Shown here: positions 1 through 11,138 of the stretch, piece by piece
Layout of the letters: each line of letters starts with the position of its first letter
How positions within the stretch are numbered: position 1 is the first letter of the stretch
Origin: Macrostomum lignano
Taxonomy: Eukaryota
NCBI GenBank assembly: GCA_002269645.1
Contig: NIVC01000006.1
Coordinates: forward strand, 372,001-436,000
Length of the DNA stretch: 64,000 nt
Reading direction: 5' to 3'
The notes under the pieces: model-generated
Databases searched by the model: none
Told to the model about the DNA's origin: nothing
Seen by the model: the letters and a program-made list of their open reading frames with translations, nothing else
Translations under genes and position numbers: made by a program

Positions 1-390
1 ATTCTCTATCACCATCAAGCGTTCCCTGGCGCCATCAAGCATTCTCTATCACGATCAAGCGTTCCCTGGCGCCACCAAGCATTCTCTATCACCATCAAGC
101 GTTCCCTGGCGCCTCAAGCATTCTCTATCACGATCAAGCGTTCCCTGGCGCCACCAAGCATTCTCTATCACCATCAAGCGTTCCCTGGCGCCTCAAGCAT
201 TCTCTATCACGATCAAGCGTTCCCTGGCGCCACCAAGCATTCTCTATCACCATCAAGCGTTCCCTGGCGCCATCAAGCATTCTCTATCACGATCAAGCGT
301 TCCCTGGCGCCATCAAGCATCCTGTGGCACCATCAAGCATTCTCTATCACCATCAAGCGTTCTCTGGCCCATCAAGCATTCTCTATCACC
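1..390. repeat. Minisatellite, ~40-bp unit made of two 20-bp halves (ATTCTCTATCACCATCAAGC / GTTCCCTGGCGCCATCAAGC); runs off the window start
   Basis: About 9-10 near-identical tandem units read directly from the sequence. Confidence 0.95.
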
Positions 391-1384
391 AGGCAATGGC
401 TGTACCTAAGAAGTGTCCCAAATAGGCCCCCTCGGGTAAGCGTGTGTATATGAGTGCGTGCCTGCGTCACGCGCTTGTACATGTACATTTAAATGTATGT
501 GCCCAGGAGCCAGCGGAATTGCCTCAGCGCTGCATGGTTGCGGGATCGGTGCCAGGGCGCCCGCAGCCATCGCAGCACGATGTCGAGAGAAGACAAATGG
601 AATCTCGTAATAAACATCGGGTATGCGCAGATGCATGCGTAAATGAATTTCTAGTCCAGAAGTCCTTGGTCTGCTAGTAAATCTAGGAAAGGGAAGGCAG
701 GGGCCGCATTTTTAACAGACCAATGCAGTTAATTTTCTAAATGCGCATCTACGCCCGTGTGTATGATGGGTGCCAGCATATAACTTGCCTTGCGCGGCAT
801 CAAGGGATTTAGGAAAGCCATATATAGTGTTCTAGCACAATAAATTGGTTGGAAATTAATTGGATATTGAATTAGATTAGGGGTTTAATCGGCGCCTCTT
901 CGTAGCCACTTGCTCCCCCCCCCCTCCCAACCACGTCAGGAGTTTTATTGCAACCAGTCTCTTCTGTCAAAAGCACATTAATATGATTAAGCCAGCTTAA
1001 AGTGACAGAATCGGCAGGCTACTCACTGGAAAGACGGAGCTGGGCTACTGGGATGACAAGAGTGAGGCTATAGTCATGAGCCGGAGTGGGTCTTCTGCAA
1101 GAGGGTCAGTAATGACTTTTACCCCTCCCTCCGATGAGAACCAACGAGCCCATTGTTCTGAGCTGACCAGGCAACAGGGAATGCTACTGTACACTCTGCA
1201 GCACCTGTTAGGATGGAAATTTTTGCTGATCCTGTACCCGCGGTTCAACATCCCCAACCAAATTGGCATGGCAACATAAAATTGATAAAAACAGACGCCA
1301 AGGTAACAGAATAATCAACGACCAAAATTAAAAACCCGTTATACAAAAAGTCATAACTGAAGCTGACAATTTTCAAGCCCAGAC

Positions 1385-2525
1385 ATGCTTCCTGTCGAAC
1401 GCTTGCTGTTCGTCTTCTTGGCGAACATCCTGGTGGTAGTGACGCTGTTGTTCTACCAAGCCACCGCATCCAGCTCAGGCCAAAATGAACGCTACTACAC
1501 TCAGGTGGGCACCGCTGGCGGCAACAGTTTCCCCCCAGCATTCAAAGTGCTCGAAGGCAGCAGCATTCGTTGCTCGATCTGGTGCTGGCAGACGCCGAGA
1601 TGCCTCGGTTTCTACTGGACGGTGAGCTCGATGCTGTGCCAGCTGTTTAACGCTTCGGTCTACTACTGGAAACCGTCGTGGGGTGCCATTGCGGACCAGC
1701 AGAGCGAGTTCTACATGTACAACGCCAGTGAGTATTTCTTGTTCATAGATAGCGCGTGCGGATGTTCATAGATAGCGCGTGCGGACTAGCTGTACCTATG
1801 GGAGCTGAGAAATGAAGATGATTTCGCCTCCAGTTTAGGGAGTTCGGCCTTTGACTATTAACAAAATGACTTACAGAAGAAGTTCATTTTTAACAAGATA
1901 TTCTCTGTTTAAGGCTACAACTGTATAACAGAATCTTCCGCGGCATCAATTGAAGACTTGTGTCTGGTAATTAGAAGCCGTCTCCGGTTGAAACGCCTGC
2001 TTCATGTGACGGGGGATGCCGCTTCTTCCTCAACAATTATTTCTAGGACTCGTTTTTAGGAAAATTCGATGTTACTTAAATTAGATTTACAGTAAACCTC
2101 ATTTCGCGCGTCTCATTTCAGCTCCTCAGAGGCTGCATTTCTTCAACTGCAGCCAGATTTCAGCGGCCTATAGTGCCTTTTGCACACGAGCCATGGACAA
2201 CAACACGAATACGCATTTTTTTGATGGAGGTTCTTGCATTCACACCAACAACGAGATCAAACCGTGGTGGGAGGCCGATCTCGCCCAAACAGCCGTTATC
2301 GTCTACGCCACCATCTACAACAGGATTGACATGTCCCCAGAGCGACTGAACAACTTTGAAATATTGGTTGACAACGTTTTCTGCGGTCGAGTGAACGTGA
2401 CGCAACACTTTGTTGTGACCAACGTGACCTGCGGCTTGACCGGAAGCAAAGTTCGACTGGTGAGCCAACTCACCGAACACCTGACCATGTGCGAGTTCGA
2501 GCCTTACGGGTTCTACATTCAGTGA
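1385..2525 (+). CDS. Secreted PAN/apple-like + F-type lectin (fucolectin) domain protein, 2 exons, ~248 aa
   Basis: Exons 1385-1727 (A|gtgagt) and 2122-2525 (tttcag|CT) join in frame (phase 1). Hydrophobic N-terminus; PAN-like C-x3-C-x5-C-x2-F...C-x-L; F-type lectin motif H-x26-R-x-D-x4-R (HTNNEIKPWW...IYNRIDMSPER) with SCIHT and PWWEADL. Confidence 0.85.
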
Positions 2526-4915
2526 GGAAGGATCGCTGCTGATGAAGTATTTGAGTTTCACTCGAGCTCAATATAGTCTATATAATAGCTGAACTGGAAT
2601 GTGACAGGGTCTCCTTAAGTTTAAGTTATGAAATGAGGCCAATACAGCTCGTAATTTCGAATAGGACTTAACGCATGTTTAAAGGGCTTTAACGGCTAAT
2701 GCAGCTGCTAGCTACCTGTAGAGCTTTTGAGGAGTGAAATCTGCATGCCAGAATCGATTCATGCCTCAATTTGTGAGGGGTTTGTTTGCTTTCACGAGCG
2801 CAATGAAGGACGATATGAGCAATTCTTAGCACTTTTTGTAAGCGGCCAGTGCAATTAAAGATCAAAACCAAAGCGCTAATGAAAGTTTAGGATTTATAGT
2901 TTGAATATTTTATATTTTAGGGACTTCCCTATTCTAAACTTATGGGATGAATGGAAAAAATGTTGATTGTGCGGTATATGCAAAAGATATGGCTCTAAAA
3001 TGGAATTGGCGATAGCGATGGGTCTCAGGAAATGAAATTGATATGCATGGCGATCTGAATATTCGCGAGTTTTTTAACTTTTATAAACATTTAAATTGCT
3101 ATTTAGACTTCTTATTATGTTTTTTAAGGTTCTTATAATATTCCTTTCTAATTTAAGTTTATACTTTCTCTGATTTTTTAGATGTGTGTAATGTTTTTTC
3201 TTCTTTTGTAATAAAACAGCCAGCTAGTCGTAAAAAGTGTTTTTATACATGTACGTCAATTTACGGTTTACGATTGTTTTTTTGTTTTATAACTCCTAAT
3301 TTTTGTTATAGCTATATAGGTATTCATTCAAAAATTAAAAGCATACTTTAGAAAGCTGAATTAAAGTTGGATTGTTCAAGGGCTACGCTTGTTAAATGTA
3401 CGTGTATTTTTTTAGATTTGCTGCTTCACCTGAACCATACGAGCGTAATATTAACTATATACATGTAGTACTGTAATTAAGGTACCCGGAATTTCGTTAT
3501 TATTTTATAATACATGCATAAACGTTTTCACGTTTAGCAAGATCTTAATTTTTCTATCGCGGTTCTACATATTTAATTATATTTTTTTGCTTGATGATTA
3601 TTTATAGCTTGCTGCCTACAATCAACATAGCTACAGCTTGCAGTTATGACGCATGTGCGGAGGCGGTTTATTAATTATAACTAATGAACAATAATACAAT
3701 TATTTATAGCTTGAATTGCAATTGCAACCCCGACGGCGTGTTTGGGGGGGGGGCGAGTCACTCGTGCCTCAGTCCTCGATCCCTAGCGGACGGCTAATTC
3801 CCATCCACGCAAAAATTTTATATATCAACGGGTATGCTGTACAATATATACTCGTATTAATTCCTAGCCAAAGTCAACAGATAAAGCTTGAACTGAATGA
3901 AGCTTTGAAACACTACTATACACCATCAGGCTGCAGGTATGCGTTGGGTGCCTGCGTAATTGCAAGCTACAGTTGTATGGGGGCATCCGGCCAGTAATGC
4001 CTGCCTGCGTCAACGGATAATCAATTAAGTTTAAAATATTTTTTGCCCAGAGTCAGAGAGAACTGTCAGGTCTTGCCGAGGCTATCTCTCGTCTCTTTCC
4101 TAATTCTACCCCCATGCAGCGGCAGAAGCCGCACCAGACCATGCAGTTGCTTTTTGGCGAAACAAACAAAGTATCGATAGAATGAATGAAATTTAAAACC
4201 ATATGTCGTTATTGTTTATTAATACACTATAACAACACATTCACACATATTTATTATAAGATTGTATTTGTTAATTGTGAAAGAAGTTTCTTCAATTTAA
4301 AACAAAATGTATTCAGGCACTACACCAGCTAAATGGAAATTTCTAATAATTACTCATTTTCGATACATATCGGCGGATAATGATTAAATTACCGTTCACA
4401 GAATGACCCGCTTACATGAGCCCGAAAGCAAATTCGAACTACTTGAAGTTTTACTGATGGAAGCCTACAATATTCTCCAAAATATAATTATAGCCCACAA
4501 ACCAGAATACATACATACAATTTTTTTTCGATACACATCGGTATAGATTTTGACGCTAAAAAACATTAGGTCAAAAGATTCCCCCAAATCACTGCCGTCA
4601 GCCTAATAAAATGTTAAATCTTGTATGACTTAAGGGTGTATCAAGAAATCTACATACTAAAGCCTAAAATTCATCTTTAAAAAATTTGTTTCGATACATA
4701 TCGTCAAAATTTTAATTAGACTTTTCGATTGTTAATAGCTTACTAAATCAAAAAGCCTACTAGAGAACACAGGTTTCGATACATATCGTCAAAATTTGAC
4801 AGATATTTTTTCGATCGCTAAAAGCTTACTAAACCAAAAAGCCTATTAAAAACACAATTTTCGATACATATCGGCGAATTACACAAAAAACTATATCGTT
4901 AAAGTTAAAACTGGT

Positions 4916-5356
4916 TTATTTCCCGCCGGTGCTTCTCTCGCGAACAAAATCGAACCCACGGACAGAGGCGTCGGCCAGCTCGGCGGGGTAGCACAGCCCG
5001 GCCCCGGCCGTCAGGCCCAGCGCTCCGTAGGCCAGTCGCCGCAGGCCGCCGCCTCGATAGCCGGCCACGACGCCGCCGAGGCCGCACAGACCGACCAGAG
5101 CGGCCCTGGCAACCAGACTGGGATCGGCGCGGACTCGCTCCCAGGTCTCCCAGCTGTGCGCGGAGCCGGTGGCGGCAGCCGCCTGGCCCCGCTGCCAAGC
5201 GGCTGTGATGGCGGCCGTGTCCACGGCTGATCCCACGGCCTGCCTGGCCGGCGACACCAGCGGCTCCAGCGGCGAGGCCGGCGCCGGCTCAAGGACGTAG
5301 GCGCGGTCGGCCAGGTCGTTGCCGTAGATGTCCAGGTCGCGCAGACGGCTCACCAT
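4916..5356 (-). CDS. Apolipoprotein O family / MICOS subunit MIC26-MIC27-like, intronless, 146 aa
   Basis: ATG-initiated GC-rich ORF. LDIY...LEP N-terminal block and Gly-rich hydrophobic hairpin GLCGLGGVVAGYRGGGLRRLAYGALGLTAGAGLCYP resemble the ApoO/MIC26/27 family (recognised from memory, no search run). Confidence 0.7.
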   Translation of the reverse strand: MVSRLRDLDIYGNDLADRAYVLEPAPASPLEPLVSPARQAVGSAVDTAAITAAWQRGQAAAATGSAHSWETWERVRADPSLVARAALVGLCGLGGVVAGYRGGGLRRLAYGALGLTAGAGLCYPAELADASVRGFDFVRERSTGGK

Positions 5357-6427
5357 GATTTTATGGCTTTTTTAAATTTAGCACTGAAAATTGTAGCAGC
5401 GGAAAACTGAAAAAGGCAAGAAATGTCAAAAGATGAGCATTGGGTGTCTGCCTCTTATCGACAGCAATAGCAATTTTGTGCTGAAAAATGAAAATCTATC
5501 TATGCATTGTATTTTTGGAAAAACCGGCCCCCATAAATCTTCCAAGAAAAAGTTCTATTCTTTAGCCTACTTATTACTATTAGGCATATTGAGAGCAAAT
5601 TAACTACCAGATTTTGCGATGAAACATCACCTCAGAGTCGTTGCAGGTAACACGTCGTCTACCATGGCGTCAAAAAGTGATCAAAGAGTCAATTAGAGGC
5701 GTTTTGAGAAACAGAAACAGTTGTCAACTTTTTTTGACGCACTCCTATAAAATTTTCTGTAATTCCCTATAAAATCTGTTTTAGCGAGACAACCACCTCA
5801 ACCTCCGCCTCTCTTTCCTTCCCTTATCTGGCCAGATGTGTAAAATGAGTTTTAAGATTGACTAACTTTCAGCTGCCATAAGTTTGCTCCACATGAAGCG
5901 ATTAACTTTAAACTTGGCACAATTCTTTGTTGACTCATTCTCTGTCGGAATGTAAAGTCTCAGCTCTGTAACTCAATCAGAACGGAAACTGGAAGTATTT
6001 GAAGTTTGCCTGCTTTTCTGGTATTGGGCCGATTACCAGGGTCGGGCTAAAAGGCTCAGAGTACATAGCAATGTACAGTGTTTTGGAATGACTTACTTGA
6101 CTCACTCTATGATTCTTGGATTGAGCATAAACAATGAGTCGAACTATGGAATAGCAAAAATATTCTATAATATCATGAGGTTTGTATAATTGTAATAAAG
6201 CAGTGATAAAAATACTATACAAAGTCAGTAAGCAAGTTCTTCAAGAGCAATTAATCTAATCGTTAGTACAGTGCAATCTAATGACAGAGCACTTTCAACA
6301 CTACAAACAGAGCTATTTTAAACTTCTCTACAGCGACACAATAGTTAATACTAAGCTATAAGACATTATAACTATTTTAGCCAACTAGCTAAAACTGTTT
6401 GAGCAGCTGTTCCATATTCAAGCTTTC

Positions 6428-7498
6428 AGCTCTCTAATCTCCCTCAACTCTCTCTAATCTCCCTCAACCATCTCTAATCTCCCTCAACCCTCTCTAATCT
6501 CCCTCAACTCTCTCTAATCTCCCTCAACCCTCTCTAATCTCCCTCAACCCTCTCTAATCTCCCTCAACCCTCTCTAATCTCCCTCAACTCTCTCTAATCT
6601 CCCTCAACCCTCTCTAATCTCCCTCAACCCTCTCTAATCTCCCTCAACCCTCTCTAATCTCCCTCAACCTCTCTAATCTCCCTCTACTCTCTCAATCTCC
6701 CTCAGCTCTTTAATCTCCTTCAACCCTCTCTAATCTCAACTCAACCCTCTCTAATCTCTTTCAAGCATCTCTAATCTCCCTCAACCCTCTCTAATCTCCC
6801 TCAACCCTCTCTAATCTCCCTCAACCCTCTCTAATCTCCCTCTACTCTCTCAATCTCCCTCAGCTCTTTAATCTCCTTCAACCCTCTCTAATCTCCCTCA
6901 ACCCTCTCTAATCTCCCTCAACCCTCTCTAATCTCCCTCTACTCTCTCAATCTCCCTCAGCTCTTTAATCTCCTTCAACCCTCTCTAATCTCTTTCAAGC
7001 ATCTCTAATCTCCCTCAACCCTCTCTAATCTCCCTCAACCATCTCTAATCTCCCTCAACCCTCTCTAATCTCCCTCAACCCTCTCTAATCTCCCTCTACT
7101 CTCTCAATCTCCCTCAGCTCTTTAATCTCCTTCAACCCTCTCTAATCTCAACTCAACCCTCTCTAATCTCTTTCAAGCATCTCTAATCTCCCTCAACCCT
7201 CTCTAATCTCCCTCAACCCTCTCTAATCTCCCTCAACCCTCTCTAATCTCCCTCAACCCTCTCTAATCTCCCTCTACTCTCTCAATCTCCCTCAGCTCTT
7301 TAATCTCCTTCAACCCTCTCTAATCTCAACTCAACCCTCTCTAATCTCTTTCAAGCATCTCTAATCTCCGTCAACCATCTCTAATCTCCCTCAACCATCT
7401 CTAATCTCCCTCAACCATCTCTAATCTCCCTCAACCCTCTCTAATCTCCCTCAACCCTCTCTAATCTCCCTCAACCATCTCTAATCTCCCTCAACCCC
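6428..7498. repeat. Minisatellite, 20-bp unit CTCTCTAATCTCCCTCAACC, starting right at the NDH-2 stop codon
   Basis: About 50 tandem copies with recurrent variants. Confidence 0.95.
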
Positions 7499-10400
7499 CT
7501 AGAACCTAGAGGTGTCCCTGCCAAAAAGCAGCGCTTTAGTCCAGTCCACGGGCACCTGCAGCCGGAGCCGCCAGCTGCCCAGCCTAGTCAGATAGGCCGA
7601 CCGCCACAGCAGCCAAGATGTGAACCCGTGCAGTTTCACGCCGGGCGTGTCAGTCAGAGCTTTAAACTCGCCAATATAAGCCAGCATTCCGCGGCCAGCA
7701 AAACGAAACGGTTCATCTTGGAGTTGAGTGCCGCTGTTGGATTCTGACAGAGGCCCAGTTCGATCCTGATTGAGCCGATTAGCCAGGTAGCGCCCCTGCC
7801 TCTCAGCCACCTGAGCCGTGCACGGCAGCGGACCGTCAACTATGGAAGCGCAATCTCCAATAGCAAATGATCGGCCAGTTTTATCAGCCAGAACTCTCAG
7901 CTGCGGGTCTGTTAACAGCTGACCGCTGGGACTCTTAGGCGCGTCTAGATCGTGTATGAAAGGCCGCGGCGCCAAGCCAGTGCTCCACACAACCAGGCCT
8001 GCAGGCAAGCGACTGCCGTCTCTGAGCGGGTGGGAGCTATCCGAGTGTAAATTATGGGGCTGTAGTTATAGACCTCTAGCGTATGAATTGCTACGAATCA
8101 CGTGACTTCACCGAAGGCTCTGGTCACGTGCCTGTAGGAAATCAAGTGATTTCTATAAGATTCTGCTCACGTGACTTTGAAGGAGATTGATCAAATCACT
8201 ATACAAAAATGTCATTATTATTAGCGATGGTCACGTGACTAAGAATCATTTGACTTTGAAACAATGGCTAGTTTGAAACAACTGTGAAAAACACGTGACT
8301 CTTCATAGACATTCTAAGAAAGCTGATTACATTACTGTATGAAATTCAAATGATTTCTATAGTCCGGAAAAAATCTCTTACTTACAGGTTGCTCACGCTA
8401 TAGAAATCTTGTGACTTTTAAGAAAAAAGGTCACGTGACACAATAAAATTACGTCACCTCAAACAAGCTGGTCAACTCCCTAAAAATCTGGCGATATCTA
8501 GTCTGACCATGTGTCTTTCAAGTTCTAAGACAAATGGTCACGTGACTTCTAATGTTAAGACGAATGGTCACGTGACTTTTATGGATTAAGACGAATGGTC
8601 ACGTGACTTTTATGATTAAAGACGAATGGTCACGTGACTTTTATGGATTAAGACGAATGGTCACGTGACTTTTATGATTAAAGACGAATGGTCACGTGAC
8701 TTTTATGGATTAAGACGAATGGTCACGTGACTTTTATGATCTAAGACGAATGGTCACGTGACTTTTAAGGCCTAAGACGAATGGTCACGTGACTTTTAAG
8801 GCCTAAGAAGAATGGTCTCGTGACTTTTATGATCTAAGACAAATGGTCACGTGACTGTAAAAATTCCGTCTGCAGAGCTAAACAAACCTGAGCGCCGCTC
8901 CCTGGGCGTCAACCGACGCAACAGTTCCCTGTCGCAAGTCGAAATTTTTTCTAGCTCGAATCTTTTTCTCCGCATAATTACGCAACGAGGCGTCGAACGA
9001 GGCAAGAATCTGGGCCGATTCGACCAGGGTGACGCGGACATCGGCGGCTTTGTGCCGGTACAGCCTGGCCAAATCTGTCCGAGCAAAGTCGTACAATTCA
9101 GCGCCGAATTCCACCCCGGTCGGTCCGCCGCCCACAATGACCATACATGCGCAACCTCCAAATTTCGGTCGGCCATGCGACTTAGTTTTAACAAAAATGC
9201 GACGTAGTTTTTGGCCAAAAATGCGACTTACATGTAAAAAAACCCGAAAGCAAAATTAACGCAACTTTGGGTAAACGGCAGGAGTAACTATGACTGTCTT
9301 ATAAAGCCAAAATGCCTCGTCAGCTACTTAGTACTACTACTCTGTGTTTTTTCGGGTTGGCATTTTTGCGACTTCCTTGGTTGGCCGCCAAATCGGTCGG
9401 CCGGATCGGCCGACTCGGCCGACTGTTGCGCATGTATGACAATGACAGTGTGCAGCAGGCGTGCCCGCTCGTCTGGACTGACCCAGGCCTGCTGGGCCAG
9501 CTCAGTGTTCTCAATCAGGCGCTCACGGATTTGCCTGGCGTCGCTCACCTCCTGCCGGAGGTTTTTTCATATTTCATATTAGCTATGGGCATTTCTCTGA
9601 GGCCGATTTATAGTCAGCAATAGAATCCTACAATCCCAAACTAGGGATTGCAGGACACCTTTAAGGATCCCAGACTAGGGATTGCAAGACATCTTTAAGA
9701 AACCCAGACAAGAGATTGCAGGACATCTTTAAGAATCCCAAACAAGGGATTGCCAGACACCTTTAACAATCCTAAACTAGGGATTGCCGGACACCTTTAA
9801 CAATCCCAAACTAGGGATTACCGGACACCTTTAACAATCCCAAACTAGGGATTACTGGACACCTTTAACAATTTTAAACTAGGGACTACCGGACATTTTT
9901 AAGAATCCAAAACTAGGGACTACCGGACATTTTCAAGAATCCAAAACTAGGGACTACCGGACATTTTCAAGAATCCAAAACTAGGGACTACCGGACATTT
10001 TCAAGAATCCAAAACTAGGGACTACCGGACATTTTCAAGAATCCAAAACTAGGGACTACCGGAAATTTTCAAGAATCCAAAACTAGGGACTACCGGACAT
10101 TTTCAAGAATCCAAAACTAGGGACTACCGGAAATTTTCAAGAATCCAAAACTAGGGACTACCGGACATTTTCAAGAATCCAAAACTAGGGACTACCGGAC
10201 ATCTTTAAGAATCTCAAACTAGGGATTACCGGACATCTTTAACAATCCCAAACTAGGGATTACTGGACATTTTCAAGAATCCAAAACTAGGGACTACCGG
10301 AAATTTTCAAGAATCCAAAACTAGGGACTACCGGATATTTTCAAGAATCCAAAACTAGGGACTACCGGACATCTTTAAGAATCTCAAACTAGGGATTACC

Positions 10401-11138
10401 GGACATCTTTAACAATCCCAAACTAGGGATTACTGGACATCTTTAAGAACCCAAAACTAGGGACTGCCGGACACCCTAAAAACTTCAAATTAAGGAATTA
10501 GCAGAAACCCTAATTAAGAGAATAGAAGACATTATTAAGAATCCAAAATCAAGGGATTAACAGACACCTTTAAGGATAAATTACACGGGGATAAATCCAC
10601 AGACTTTAAATATTTTATTAGGGCCTTACTCAAATCTCACCTTGAGAAAGAAGGCGTGCTCATTAACACCGGGCACGCCAAAGGTATTAGTGAGCGCACC
10701 CACCCCAATAATCAATCGATCATAGCCAATCTGATAGGATGCTCGACTTCCCAAACAGGAACGGCAGGTGACTTCGCGCAGATTAAAGTCCACCTCAGTG
10801 GCCTCGGCCAGATGGAAATGGTCCGACTGTCTGAAGCCATACTCGCGCACCGGCTCAATAATGGAACGAAACTCAAGCGTACCAACAGTTGTTGAGCACA
10901 GCAGCGGGGTGAATAGAAAGTGATTCCTAGGCGACACGACAATGACGTCAAATTTTGATTTGTCAACATTGCGCAGAGCCGAGTAGCTGCCCCAGCCCGT
11001 GCCCAGAATTACAAGACGCTGCCGGCTGCCATTTTGATAATCTGCTGATGCAGAATGGCGGCAGCGGATGCTGCATTTTTGAAGCCTAAAGCTGTTACAA
11101 CAGCGACGGCTTAGAGGAAGGAGCAGCAATGATGCCAA
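7499..11138 (-). CDS. Type II (alternative, rotenone-insensitive) mitochondrial NADH:ubiquinone oxidoreductase, Ndi1/Nde-like; exon 2 interrupted by a MITE; no genomic ATG
   Basis: Exons 11138-10641, 9551-8888 (MITE plus one TSD = 305 bp to be removed) and 8021-7499, all GT-AG, give 1380 nt = 460 codons in frame. Motifs: RLVILGTGWG, SPRNHFLFTPLL, YDRLIIGVGA, VIVGGGPTGVEFGAEL, VVWSTG, FAIGDC, TAQVAERQGRYLA, WLLWRSAYL...DW...LFGRD. Arg/Ser/Leu-rich presequence-like N-terminus. Confidence 0.9.
8520..8860. repeat. Intronic minisatellite, ~31-bp unit with palindromic core GTCACGTGAC
   Basis: About 11 units of AAGACGAATGGTCACGTGACTTTTATGGATT, in the NDH-2 intron 8022-8887. Confidence 0.9.
9142..9438. 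mobile_element. 297-bp MITE with 14-bp TIRs and 8-bp TSD (hAT- or P-superfamily type) inserted in NDH-2 exon 2
   Basis: TIR CATACATGCGCAAC at 9142-9155 and its exact reverse complement at 9425-9438. TSD ACAATGAC at 9134-9141 and 9439-9446. Subterminal GTCGGCC repeats. Confidence 0.93.
9630..10480. repeat. Intronic minisatellite, 34-bp unit AAGAATCCAAAACTAGGGACTACCGGACATTTTC
   Basis: About 25 tandem copies in NDH-2 intron 9552-10640. Confidence 0.95.

Noticed and set aside
9142-9438. MITE as a perfectly spliced introner element
   Set aside because: No 305-nt window across the TSD has both GT and AG ends (the ends would be TG or TT)
7499-11138. NDH-2 as bacterial or fungal contamination
   Set aside because: It has GT-AG introns filled with the same kind of minisatellites as neighbouring animal genes and is contiguous with them; ancient HGT is not excluded
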